This document shows positions 35,084 to 43,809 of a stretch of DNA of 64,000 nucleotides, one piece after another. Made by a program: the position numbers and the translations under genes. The DNA lies in contig PLAE01000249.1 in assembly GCA_003134035.1 (NCBI GenBank), forward strand, positions 2,964 through 66,963, read 5' to 3'. Numbering within the stretch: position 1 is the stretch's first letter; each line of letters opens with the position of its first letter. The notes beneath the pieces are model-generated. The model searched no databases. It was not told where the DNA came from and saw only the letters and a program-made list of their open reading frames with translations. This DNA is from Vulcanimicrobiota bacterium. Lineage in GTDB: Bacteria > Vulcanimicrobiota > Vulcanimicrobiia > Vulcanimicrobiales > Vulcanimicrobiaceae.

Positions 35084-35323
35084 GTTTCTCCTGTATCTTT
35101 CGCCCGCCGACGGAGCGCATTCGGGATGCTTGATTCGGGCCTGCGAATTCGAGCCGCCGCCGTATGATTCCGGCTGGGTCCGGACCCGAGTGCCTTCCTT
35201 GACACCGTCGGTGTTCGCGTGTTACGAAAGCGGCACGATGCAGTCGACGTTTGTGGGCACCCGGATCGCCAAGATTTTTCCCGCTCGCGGAAGTGCGAGC
35301 CACGGGAGCCGGAGAGTGCGCCG

Positions 35324-37483
35324 ATGACCACGCCGACCGCGCACGGACCGAATGAAGCTCCCGAGCCGCCCGGCCGGGAGCTTTTTCCATCCGTGACCAT
35401 TCGGCCCGCGACGCGTCTGACCGGTTCGCCGGCGATCCCGGGCGACAAGTCGATCTCGCACCGGATGCTGATGTTCGGCGCGCTGGCGCACGGCAAGACG
35501 CACATCACGAACCTGCTCGATTCCGCCGACGTGCGTTCGACGCGCGCGGTGCTCGAGGCGCTTGGGGTGCCGATCGCCGACGAGGGCGCGACCGTCATCG
35601 TCCACGGCCGCGGGGCCGAGGCGCTGCGCGCACCGGCGGCGGTGCTCGACTGCGGGAATTCGGGCACCACGATGCGCCTGATGGCGGGCATCCTGGCGGG
35701 CTTGCCGTTCGCGACCCGGCTGGACGGGGACGATTCGCTGCGCTCGCGGCCGATGCGGCGCATCGCTGAACCGCTGCGCGCGCTGGGCGCCTCGATCGAC
35801 CTTGGGCCGGGGGATCGCGCCCCGATCGCGATCGCCGGACGGGCGCTCACGGCGGCGCGCTACGACTTGCCCCTGCCCAGCGCGCAAGTCAAGAGCGCGC
35901 TATTGCTCGCCGCGTTGAGCGCGCAGGGTGAGACGGTGGTCGGCGGCGAGTTGGGCGGCCGCGACCATACCGAACGGTTGCTTTGGCATTTCGGGGTCGA
36001 CCTCAAGCTGAACGGAACGCTGCGCCTGCGTGGCGGGCAGAAACTGCGCGCGGCCGATCTGCGCGTTCCCGGCGATCCGTCGTCGGCCGCGTTTTGGCTC
36101 GCGGCGGCGACGATCGTGCCGAACAGCTCGGTGCAGCTCTACGACGTCGGAATCAATCCGACGCGGATGGGATTCGTGCGTGTGCTCCAGCGGATGGGCG
36201 CGCACATCACGGTCACGCGTTCGCACGACGATTGCGAGCCGGTCGGCACGCTGCTGGCCGAACATGCGGTGCTGCGGGCCGCCACGATCGGGGCCGACGA
36301 AGTCCCGGCGCTCATCGACGAGTTGCCGCTCATCGCCGTGCTCGCGACATACGCCCAGGGCGTTACCGAGGTGCGCGGCGCGAAAGAACTGCGGGTGAAG
36401 GAAAGCGACCGGATCGAAGCGATCGCGGTCAACCTGCGTGCGATGGGCGCCCAGATCGAGGTGCTCGAGGACGGCTTTCGGATCGCCGGACCGCAGCCGC
36501 TGCACGGCGCGGCGATCCGGAGCTTCGGCGATCATCGGATCGCGATGGCCTGCGCGATCGCGGCGCTGGGCGCGTCGTCGCCGTCGACGATCGACGATGC
36601 CGCGTGTGTCGCCATTTCGTATCCGGGCTTCTTCCCGACGTTGCGCTATCTGACCGGCGATCCGGTCCGCGCCGGCGTGCTCGGTGCGTCGCTGGCGCAC
36701 TCGCGCTCGCCCGAGATCTTCGCCTGGCTCGCGCGCGCCACCGGGACGAACATCGCGTACGAGCGGTTTGAACGCTCGGCCGGCGATGTCGCTGCGCTGT
36801 TCGCCGCGATCCGGCGCGACGCCGCGTACGTGGGCTGCAACGTCACGATTCCATATAAGGAGCGCGCCGCGGAACTGGTCGACCATCCGTCGCGCTCCGC
36901 CGCGATCGTCGGCGCGGTCAACGTGGTCGCCCGGCGCGCCGACGGCAGTCTCGACGGACATAACACCGACGTCACCGGCGTGCTCGCGACGCTCGACGCG
37001 CACGCGATCGATCTGCGCGGAAGGCGCGCCTGCGTGCTGGGCGCGGGCGGCGCGGCGGCCGCCGTCGTGTACGCGCTGGCCCAGCGCGGTCCGGCTGAGA
37101 TCGTCATCGTCAACCGCTCCCCCGAACGGGCGGCAGCCCTTATCGCGCGCTTCGCGCAGCAGTTGCCCGGGCTTGCGTTGCGGGCCGACCCGGCGCCGGA
37201 GGGCGCCTTCACGCTCGTCGTCGACGCGACGCCGGGCAGCGCGGCCCGGGTCGAAATCGCCCCGGGCGGCTGGGCTTTCGATCTGAAGTACGGCCGGATG
37301 CCGACGCCGCTGCTGGCGGCCGCGAACGCGGCGGGCGTGTCCACCATCGACGGCCTTGAGATGCTGGTCGCGCAAGCGCTCGCCACGTACGAAATTTGGT
37401 TTCGCGAGGGCCGGCCGTTCGAGCGCGAGGAGAAACGGCGGCTCACCGACGGGCTCCTCGCCCACCTCCACGCCGCGCCCTGA
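35324..37483 (+). CDS. aroA: Bifunctional EPSP synthase / shikimate 5-dehydrogenase fusion
   Basis: ATG 35324 follows GGAGAG. The N-terminal ~430 aa are AroA ('PGDKSISHR', 'LDCGNSGTTMRL', 'KESDRI'). The C-terminal ~270 aa are AroE ('HSRSPEIF', 'NVTIPYK', 'GHNTD', 'GAGGAA'). One uninterrupted frame. Confidence 0.88.
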   Translation: MTTPTAHGPNEAPEPPGRELFPSVTIRPATRLTGSPAIPGDKSISHRMLMFGALAHGKTHITNLLDSADVRSTRAVLEALGVPIADEGATVIVHGRGAEALRAPAAVLDCGNSGTTMRLMAGILAGLPFATRLDGDDSLRSRPMRRIAEPLRALGASIDLGPGDRAPIAIAGRALTAARYDLPLPSAQVKSALLLAALSAQGETVVGGELGGRDHTERLLWHFGVDLKLNGTLRLRGGQKLRAADLRVPGDPSSAAFWLAAATIVPNSSVQLYDVGINPTRMGFVRVLQRMGAHITVTRSHDDCEPVGTLLAEHAVLRAATIGADEVPALIDELPLIAVLATYAQGVTEVRGAKELRVKESDRIEAIAVNLRAMGAQIEVLEDGFRIAGPQPLHGAAIRSFGDHRIAMACAIAALGASSPSTIDDAACVAISYPGFFPTLRYLTGDPVRAGVLGASLAHSRSPEIFAWLARATGTNIAYERFERSAGDVAALFAAIRRDAAYVGCNVTIPYKERAAELVDHPSRSAAIVGAVNVVARRADGSLDGHNTDVTGVLATLDAHAIDLRGRRACVLGAGGAAAAVVYALAQRGPAEIVIVNRSPERAAALIARFAQQLPGLALRADPAPEGAFTLVVDATPGSAARVEIAPGGWAFDLKYGRMPTPLLAAANAAGVSTIDGLEMLVAQALATYEIWFREGRPFEREEKRRLTDGLLAHLHAAP

Positions 37484-37574
37484 CCTACCCCGGCCCGGCT
37501 CGAATCGAAATTCTCGACGGACGTCGGTTCGTGCACGCCGAACGCCCGGACGTCATGGTATTGGCCCACACGCG

Positions 37575-38744
37575 ATGAGCGCTCTGCGTTACCTCACAGC
37601 CGGCGAATCGCACGGCCGCGCGCTCGTCGGAATCATCGAAGGCGTGCCGGCCGGGCTGGCGCTCGACGTTCCATCCCTGCACGCCCAGCTCAAACGCCGC
37701 AAACTCGGCTACGGCCGCGGCAACCGGCAGACCATCGAGACCGACGAAGTCGAGATTCTCACCGGCGTCCGTTTCGGCGAAACGCTCGGCAGTCCGATTG
37801 CGCTTGTGATCGCGAATCGCGACTGGCGCGCCTGGACCGAGATCATGGCCGCCGAGCCGCCGATGCGCGAAGGGCGCCGCAAGGTGACCGTGCCGCGGCC
37901 GGGCCACGCCGACTACGTCGGCGGCCTCAAGTACGCCCACGGCGACATGCGCAACGTGCTCGAGCGGTCCAGCGCCCGCGAGACGGCGATGCGCGTCGCG
38001 CTGGGCAGCGTCGCCCGGGCCTTCCTCGCGGCTTTCGACATTCACATCGGCAGCCGGGTCGTCGCCGTCGGTTCGGTCAGCGATGCGCGGCCGCTCGACG
38101 TTGCGGTCGAAGATCTCAACGCGCGGCTGGACCAGCGGCCGTTGCGGGTCCTCGACGATGCGGCCGAATCCCGGATGGTCGCCGAGGTGGACGCCGCCAA
38201 AGCCGCCGGCGACACGCTGGGCGGCATCTTCGAGGTCTACGCGTCGAACGTCGTGGTCGGGCTGGGCAGCTACGTCCAGTGGGACCGGCGGCTCGAGGCC
38301 GAGATCGGCCGCCAATTCCTGAGCCTCAATGCGATCAAGGGTGTCGAGGTCGGCGGTGGCTTCACCAGCGCCGTTCGCCGCGGGTCGCAAGTGCACGACG
38401 AGTATCTGCCCGGCGACGACGAACGCTTGCGCTACGCGAGCAACAACTCGGGCGGCATCGACGGCGGGATGAGCACCGGCGAATTGCTCGTGGTGCGCGC
38501 CGGGATGAAGCCGATTTCGACGTTGATGAAGCCGCTGCGGTCGGTGGACCTCACCACCGGTGAGGCGACCAGCGCGCACATCGAGCGTTCCGACACGTGT
38601 GCCGTGCCGGCCGCCGCCGTCATCGGCGAGTCGCTCCTCGCGCTGGTGCTCGCCGAAGCGCTGCTCGAAAAGTTCGGCGGCGACAGCATGGCCGAGATTC
38701 TTCCGCGGGTCCGCGAGTGGCAGCGGCTTGCCGTCCGACACTAA
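37575..38744 (+). CDS. aroC: Chorismate synthase
   Basis: ATG 37575 (MSALRYLTAGESHG). 'RPGHADY' and 'RSSARETA' are present. Confidence 0.92.
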   Translation: MSALRYLTAGESHGRALVGIIEGVPAGLALDVPSLHAQLKRRKLGYGRGNRQTIETDEVEILTGVRFGETLGSPIALVIANRDWRAWTEIMAAEPPMREGRRKVTVPRPGHADYVGGLKYAHGDMRNVLERSSARETAMRVALGSVARAFLAAFDIHIGSRVVAVGSVSDARPLDVAVEDLNARLDQRPLRVLDDAAESRMVAEVDAAKAAGDTLGGIFEVYASNVVVGLGSYVQWDRRLEAEIGRQFLSLNAIKGVEVGGGFTSAVRRGSQVHDEYLPGDDERLRYASNNSGGIDGGMSTGELLVVRAGMKPISTLMKPLRSVDLTTGEATSAHIERSDTCAVPAAAVIGESLLALVLAEALLEKFGGDSMAEILPRVREWQRLAVRH

Positions 38745-39231
38745 ACCGGTGTTCCTGTGGGGCGCGCCGGGTGTCGGCAAAACGACCGTCGGGCGGCGCT
38801 TGGCGCGCACCCTGGGACGGCCCTTCGTCGACACCGACGCCTTGATCGTCGAGCGCGCCGGGATGTCGATCGCCTCGATTTTCGGCCAGTTGGGCGAACC
38901 GGCGTTTCGGGCGCTTGAATCCGAAGCGCTCGCGGCGGCGGCCGACAACCCCGGCTGCGTCGTTTCCCTGGGCGGCGGCGCGGTGCTGGCCGAACGCAAT
39001 CGCGCACTCATCGCCGAACGCGGCCGGTCGATTCATTTGCGCGCGTCGATCGCCACGATTGAACGCCGCCTGCGCGCGCAGCGCACCGAACGGCCGCTGC
39101 TCGCGGCGGGAATCCCGGTGGGGACGCTGCTCGCCCAGCGGCTGCCGTTCTACGAACTCGCCGACCACAGCATCGACGTCGACCGCCGGCGGCTCGACGA
39201 CATCGTCGCCGAGATTTGCGCGCTGTTATGA
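38728..39231 (+). CDS. aroK: Shikimate kinase
   Basis: P-loop 'GAPGVGKTTVGR', 'DTD' and 'LGGGAV' are present. Start uncertain: TTG 38728 overlaps aroC, or GTG 38749. Confidence 0.8.
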   Translation: MPSDTKPVFLWGAPGVGKTTVGRRLARTLGRPFVDTDALIVERAGMSIASIFGQLGEPAFRALESEALAAAADNPGCVVSLGGGAVLAERNRALIAERGRSIHLRASIATIERRLRAQRTERPLLAAGIPVGTLLAQRLPFYELADHSIDVDRRRLDDIVAEICALL

Positions 39232-40319
39232 GGACCGTCCGGTTCGCGCTGGGTCCGCGCGGCTACGACGTTGTCATCGGGCCCCAAACCATCGACACAC
39301 TCGACGCGTCGGCCGCCGCGGCCGGTCTCGCCGATGCCGGCGCGTTCGTGCTCGTCGCCGACCGCGCGACCGGACCGGCGGTGGAGCGCGTCGCGGGCGC
39401 ACTGGCCCGGCTGGGTAAGCCGGTCCACCGCATCGTGCTCGACGTCGCCGAAACGAGCAAATCGATGGCCGGGCTCGACGACCTTTACGGCCGGTTCATC
39501 GACGCGAAGCTCGACCGCAGCGGCGTGGTCGTCGCGCTCGGCGGCGGCGTGATCGGCGACCTGGCGGGCTTCGCGGCCGCGACCTATTCGCGCGGCCTGC
39601 GCTGGATCGGCGTGCCGAGCACGCTGCTGGCCGCCGTCGATAGCTCGGTCGGCGGAAAGACCGGCATCAATCACGCTCGCGGCAAGAATCTGATCGGCGC
39701 GATCCATCAGCCCGCGCTCGTGATCGTCGACCGCTCCCTGTTCGCCACGTTGCCGCGGCGCGAGCTGATCTCGGGCTACGGCGAGATGATCAAATACGGC
39801 CTCGCGCTCGACCGCGGGCTATGGAACGATCTGTTCCTGGTCGATCCCGGCGCCGTCACCGACGCGCACATCGAACGCTGCATCGCGCTCAAAGCGGCGA
39901 TCGTCGGGGCCGACGAACGCGACGAGACCGGCGTGCGCGAAACGCTCAACTTCGGTCACACGATCGGCCATGCGATCGAGTCCGCAACCGCCTACGCCTA
40001 TTACCGGCACGGCGAAGCGGTGGTGCTCGGCATGCGCGCCGCCGTCGCGCTATCGGCCGTGCGCCGGCATTGCAGCGTGGCGTTCGCGGCCGGCGTCGAC
40101 GCCCAGCTGGCGACGGTGCCGGTTCCGGCGCTGCCGCCGCTCGACCCCGAGACCATCGCCGACGCCGTGGCGCGCGACAAGAAGCGCAGTGCGGGCGGTG
40201 CGACGCGCTTCGTTCTGCTGCGCGCGATCGGCGAAACGGTGCCGGATGCCGGCGTCGATCGCGCGGCGGTCGTCGCCGCGTTCCGCGGCTTGGAGACGGC
40301 CTGTATCTCGTCGGCCTGA
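39228..40319 (+). CDS. aroB: 3-dehydroquinate synthase
   Basis: ATG 39228 overlaps the aroK stop (ATGA). 'GGGVIGDLAGFAAA', 'VDSSVGGKTGIN' and 'LNFGHTIGHA' are present. Confidence 0.9.
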   Translation: MRTVRFALGPRGYDVVIGPQTIDTLDASAAAAGLADAGAFVLVADRATGPAVERVAGALARLGKPVHRIVLDVAETSKSMAGLDDLYGRFIDAKLDRSGVVVALGGGVIGDLAGFAAATYSRGLRWIGVPSTLLAAVDSSVGGKTGINHARGKNLIGAIHQPALVIVDRSLFATLPRRELISGYGEMIKYGLALDRGLWNDLFLVDPGAVTDAHIERCIALKAAIVGADERDETGVRETLNFGHTIGHAIESATAYAYYRHGEAVVLGMRAAVALSAVRRHCSVAFAAGVDAQLATVPVPALPPLDPETIADAVARDKKRSAGGATRFVLLRAIGETVPDAGVDRAAVVAAFRGLETACISSA

Positions 40320-40374
40320 ACGGTCCGAACCTCAACCTGCCGACCGGCCCGCGCGCGGCCGATTTCTAGAGTGT

Positions 40375-40423
40375 GTCGGCTTGCGGCGCAGCCGCAAACG
40401 CGAAGGATCGACGAAGCCGATCC
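40375..40423. repeat. Double-hairpin intergenic repeat, copy C
   Basis: GTCGGCTTGCGGCGCAGCCGCAAACGCGAAGGATCGACGAAGCCGATCC. It lies between the aroB stop and the stop of the convergent gene at 40425. Confidence 0.8.
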
Positions 40424-40424
40424 A

Positions 40425-41132
40425 CTAGTGGCGGTCGCCGCCGCCGTGTCCGCCGCCGCCGTGTTCGCCGCCACGTCCGTCACCGCCACGTCCGCCGCCG
40501 CCGCGTGCGCCGCCGCCGTGTTCGCCGCCATCATGTCCGCCGCTAAATCCGCCGTGCGGGGCACCGGGATGGTAATAGCCGCCCTGCTCGCGCGGCGCGA
40601 CGACGTCGCGACCGTGGAACTGGGCGCCGGCATTGCGGTACACTTGCCCGACGTGCACGCTGTTGTAAATGCGGACGCCCGCGTTGTAATGATAACCGCC
40701 GCGGAAATAGCCGCCGTGCCACCAGCCGGCGTTACCGAAGAAGAAGCCCAAGGTGATCGACGGCCCATAGTAGTTCCACGGGTGGCCGCTGTAGTAAGCA
40801 TAGCCGTTGTAGAACTGGTACGGCGTATCGATCTCGTTGGCCGAGAAATAATTCCCCGCGTTATAGCCGAGGACACTCACGACCATGCCGGGGGCAAGCG
40901 TTAAGCCGGTCGGGTTGATGATCGTGCCCGGATGGAGCCGCACGTCGTCGATGTAGCCTTTTTCGTCGCGTACACTCAGCGAGTAGCCGCCGTCGAAGCC
41001 GACCACGCGTCCGTGGATGTTCGCGTCGGCTGGGAATTGCCCGGTTGCGTACGAGGGGATGTCCTGTGCTTGCGCTGCTATTGGAAGCATCAGGCAGAAT
41101 CCGGTCAGAGCGCCGATGAGAAATTTGAACAT
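40425..41132 (-). CDS. Secreted protein: OB-fold (BOF/YgiW-like) core with an aromatic/Gly and Gly/His-rich tail
   Basis: Signal peptide 'MFKFLIGALTGFCLMLPIAAQAQ'. 'IHGRVVGFDGGYSLSVRDEKGYIDDVRL...VVSVLGY' resembles bacterial OB-fold proteins. The tail is '...GGEHGGGARGGGGRGGDGRGGEHGGGGHGGGDRH'. Confidence 0.6.
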   Translation of the reverse strand: MFKFLIGALTGFCLMLPIAAQAQDIPSYATGQFPADANIHGRVVGFDGGYSLSVRDEKGYIDDVRLHPGTIINPTGLTLAPGMVVSVLGYNAGNYFSANEIDTPYQFYNGYAYYSGHPWNYYGPSITLGFFFGNAGWWHGGYFRGGYHYNAGVRIYNSVHVGQVYRNAGAQFHGRDVVAPREQGGYYHPGAPHGGFSGGHDGGEHGGGARGGGGRGGDGRGGEHGGGGHGGGDRH

Positions 41133-41187
41133 AACATTTCGACAACGAACGTCGAGGTCTGTTCCGTGCTGGCATTCATCTGATCTT

Positions 41188-41225
41188 TATACGAACTATA
41201 CGGCTATTTATACGAACGATACGGC
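41188..41225. promoter_or_regulatory. Tandem direct repeats (operator candidate) in a divergent promoter region
   Basis: TATACGAACTATACGGC (41188..41204) and TATACGAACGATACGGC (41209..41225) lie 21 bp apart. Each contains two (T/G)ATACG hexamers 9 bp apart. Confidence 0.45.
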
Positions 41226-41329
41226 GAGCGGTTCGCGTGTACGCGAGCGGTCGGCGGCAAGGCGCGCTCTCAGCGTTCGTCCAGCAAGGTCACAGGTAAT
41301 TGCGGTTCCTTGCAGTGTATGATCGCGGC

Positions 41330-41914
41330 ATGAATCGTTCGATCGTTCTCTGGCTTGCACTCGTCGCTTTTGCCCCCGCCAGCGCCCTTGCGCAGGACGG
41401 CCCGCCGCCGCCGGTCGCTGAAGCCGGAGCTCCGGGACTCGACGCCGGCACACCACCGAGTCCGCAGCAGCGTGCTGCGATGCAGCAAGTGCATTTGCAG
41501 ATGGAGCAGGTGCGCCTGCAGACCCGTGCGCGCATGCTCGCTGCGCTGACTCCTGCGCACCGCGCCCTCGTCGCCAACGTGGTGGGACAACTCGTAACGT
41601 CGGTGAACCCAAATCCGCAGGCGGCGGCGGCGTCCCTCGACGCGCTGCTGGCCCCGGTCGAGAAGCAGTCGATCGTCAACATCGCCGCCGCCGAGCGGTC
41701 CAACGTGCGGGCCCTCATGAGCCAACAGCGGGCAGCGTTCGAGTCTACTCTCACGGCCGATCAGAAGGCGGCGTTGGCGCAACGCGAAGTCAAGCGCCAA
41801 GCGTTCATGCAAAGCCATCCGCGCCCGGCGCGGGTTGCCGATCCCGGCGAGATCGTGCTGCGCACCCTCGGCGACGTCGGCGGCGGACCCGGGATGCACC
41901 GCCGACCATTCTAA
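41330..41914 (+). CDS. Periplasmic helical protein, Spy/CpxP/ZraP-like (tentative)
   Basis: ATG 41330 (MNRSIVLWLALVAFAPASALAQ signal). Q/A-rich helices carry LTxxQ-like motifs ('LTPAHRAL', 'LTADQKAAL'). TATGAT ends 6 nt before the ATG, suggesting a leaderless mRNA. Confidence 0.5.
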   Translation: MNRSIVLWLALVAFAPASALAQDGPPPPVAEAGAPGLDAGTPPSPQQRAAMQQVHLQMEQVRLQTRARMLAALTPAHRALVANVVGQLVTSVNPNPQAAAASLDALLAPVEKQSIVNIAAAERSNVRALMSQQRAAFESTLTADQKAALAQREVKRQAFMQSHPRPARVADPGEIVLRTLGDVGGGPGMHRRPF

Positions 41915-42000
41915 CCGAGCCTGTATTTCGATCTTTCTCCGCGAAGCGCATTTCCGCTGTCTTTCTTTCGAGGCAGGCGTGAGCGGAAAGGTCGAAAACG

Positions 42001-42753
42001 TTGACGACTACAGGGAAGATCGCGCTGGTAACCGGTGCGGGAAGCGGCATCGGAAGAGCGGCGGCGCTCGCGCTGATCGAAGCCGGATATACCACGGTGC
42101 TGACCGGACGGCGGCGGGAGCAGCTCGATGAAACCGCGGCCCACGCTCCGAACGGCCGCGCGCTGGCGGTCCCCGCCGACGTCGCCGATCCGGCCTCGGT
42201 CGAGGCGCTTTTCGCGGCGGCCGTCGACGCCTACGGCCGCATCGACGTGCTGTTCAACAACGCGGGCACCAACGCGCCGCCGCTGCCGTTCGAGGACCTG
42301 ACCTTCGCGCAGTGGTCGGGCGTCGTCGCCGTCAATCTGAGCGGCGCGTTCCTGTGCGCGCAAGCAGCGTTTCGGCAGATGAAAGCGCAGTCGCCGCAAG
42401 GCGGCCGGATCATCAACAACGGCTCGATCTCGGCCCACGCGCCGCGCCCGAATTCGGCGCCGTACACGGCGTCGAAACACGCGATTACCGGGCTGACCAA
42501 ATCGATCTCGCTCGACGGGCGCAAATACGATATCGCCTGCGGCCAAATCGACATCGGCAACGCGCTCACCGAAATGGCCGCCGCGATGACCAAAGGCGTG
42601 ACCCAAGCCAACGGCAGCGTCGCGATCGAGCCGGTGATGGACGTTGCCGATGTCGCCCGGGCCGTCGTGTTCATGGCCGGTTTGCCGCCCGCGGCGAACG
42701 TGCAGTTCATGACGGTCATGGCGACCAAGATGCCCTTCGTCGGGCGTGGCTGA
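42001..42753 (+). CDS. Short-chain dehydrogenase/reductase
   Basis: TTG 42001 follows GGAAAGG. 'VTGAGSGIG', 'NNAG' and 'YTASKHA' are present. Confidence 0.8.
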   Translation: MTTTGKIALVTGAGSGIGRAAALALIEAGYTTVLTGRRREQLDETAAHAPNGRALAVPADVADPASVEALFAAAVDAYGRIDVLFNNAGTNAPPLPFEDLTFAQWSGVVAVNLSGAFLCAQAAFRQMKAQSPQGGRIINNGSISAHAPRPNSAPYTASKHAITGLTKSISLDGRKYDIACGQIDIGNALTEMAAAMTKGVTQANGSVAIEPVMDVADVARAVVFMAGLPPAANVQFMTVMATKMPFVGRG

Positions 42754-42789
42754 CCAGGACCCGACGGCCGCGACGGGAGAGATGCAGAC

Positions 42790-43785
42790 ATGAACATCGT
42801 GATGACCGGCGGGAACGGCTTCATCGGCCGGCGCCTCGCCCAGCGTCTCCTGGACGGCGGCGAAGCGATCGGCGCCGACGGGCAGCGCGTCGCATTCGAG
42901 AAGCTCGTGCTCTTCGACATCGCGCGGCTCGACGACGAACTCGGGCGCGATCCGCGGGTCGAGCAGGTGACCGGCGACATCGCCGACGCCGCGACGCTCG
43001 CGCGCGTGATCGATGCCTCGACGGCGGCGGTCTTTCATTTCGGCGCCGTCGTCAGCGCCGGCGCCGAGGCGGATTTCGATCTGGGCCTGCGTGTAAACCT
43101 CGACGGAACGCGCAACGTCCTCGAAGCTTGCCGTCGGCTTCCGGCGCCGCCGCGCGTCATCTTCGCCAGCAGTCTGGCCGTGTACGGCGGCGCACTCCCG
43201 AAGGTGATCGACGATGCGACGCCGCTGTATCCGCAAACCTCGTACGGCGCGCACAAAGCCTGCGGCGAACTGCTGATCTCGGATTACAGCCGCAAAGGAT
43301 TCCTCGATGGACGCGCGCTGCGCTTTCCGACGATCCTCGTGCGGCCCGAACCGAATCTCGCCGCATCCACGTTCGCCTCGACGATCATCCGCGAGCCGCT
43401 GCTCGGGCGCGAGACGAGCTGTCCGGTCGATCCGTCATCGGTCATGGCCGTGATGTCGGTGGCGCGGCTGCTCGACTGCATCGTGCACGCCTACGAACTG
43501 CCGGCCGCGGCATTCGGTGCCCAGCGCGCGCTGCTGCTGCCCGCGATTTCCGCTCCGGTGGCCGAGATGATCGCGGCCGTTCGCCGGGCCGGCGGCGCTG
43601 CGGCGGCTGACCGCATCGCGCTGCGGCCGGACCCCAAGACCCAACACATCGTGGACGGCTGGCCGGGCGGCGTCAACGCCGAACGTGCCGTCGCGCTCGG
43701 GATGCGCGCCGACGCGACGGTCGACGAGATCGTCGACTCATTCGTCGCGGAGGATCTGCCGCGCATGCTGCAAGCGGCGCGCTGA
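42790..43785 (+). CDS. NAD-dependent epimerase/dehydratase family (D-erythronate dehydrogenase DenD-like)
   Basis: 'MTGGNGFIG' and 'YGAHK' are present, and the overall layout resembles DenD as I recall it. Specific function not certain. Confidence 0.7.
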   Translation: MNIVMTGGNGFIGRRLAQRLLDGGEAIGADGQRVAFEKLVLFDIARLDDELGRDPRVEQVTGDIADAATLARVIDASTAAVFHFGAVVSAGAEADFDLGLRVNLDGTRNVLEACRRLPAPPRVIFASSLAVYGGALPKVIDDATPLYPQTSYGAHKACGELLISDYSRKGFLDGRALRFPTILVRPEPNLAASTFASTIIREPLLGRETSCPVDPSSVMAVMSVARLLDCIVHAYELPAAAFGAQRALLLPAISAPVAEMIAAVRRAGGAAAADRIALRPDPKTQHIVDGWPGGVNAERAVALGMRADATVDEIVDSFVAEDLPRMLQAAR

Positions 43786-43809
43786 GCGCTCAGTTAAAGG
43801 CGTAAGCGT

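Noticed and set aside
35239-35327. 29-codon uORF (MQSTFVGTRIAKIFPARGSASHGSRRVRR) whose TGA overlaps the aroA-aroE ATG. Considered as an aromatic-amino-acid leader peptide.
   Set aside because: It has only two Phe and no Trp or Tyr run, and no terminator hairpin follows. The ATGA overlap may be coincidental.
40430-40570. Repetitive GCCGCCGCC/GTGTTCGCCGCC DNA that looks like a short tandem array.
   Set aside because: It is the coding sequence (minus strand) of the Gly/His-rich tail of the 40425..41132 protein. The repeats are imperfect with no spacer-repeat periodicity, so it is not a CRISPR array or minisatellite.
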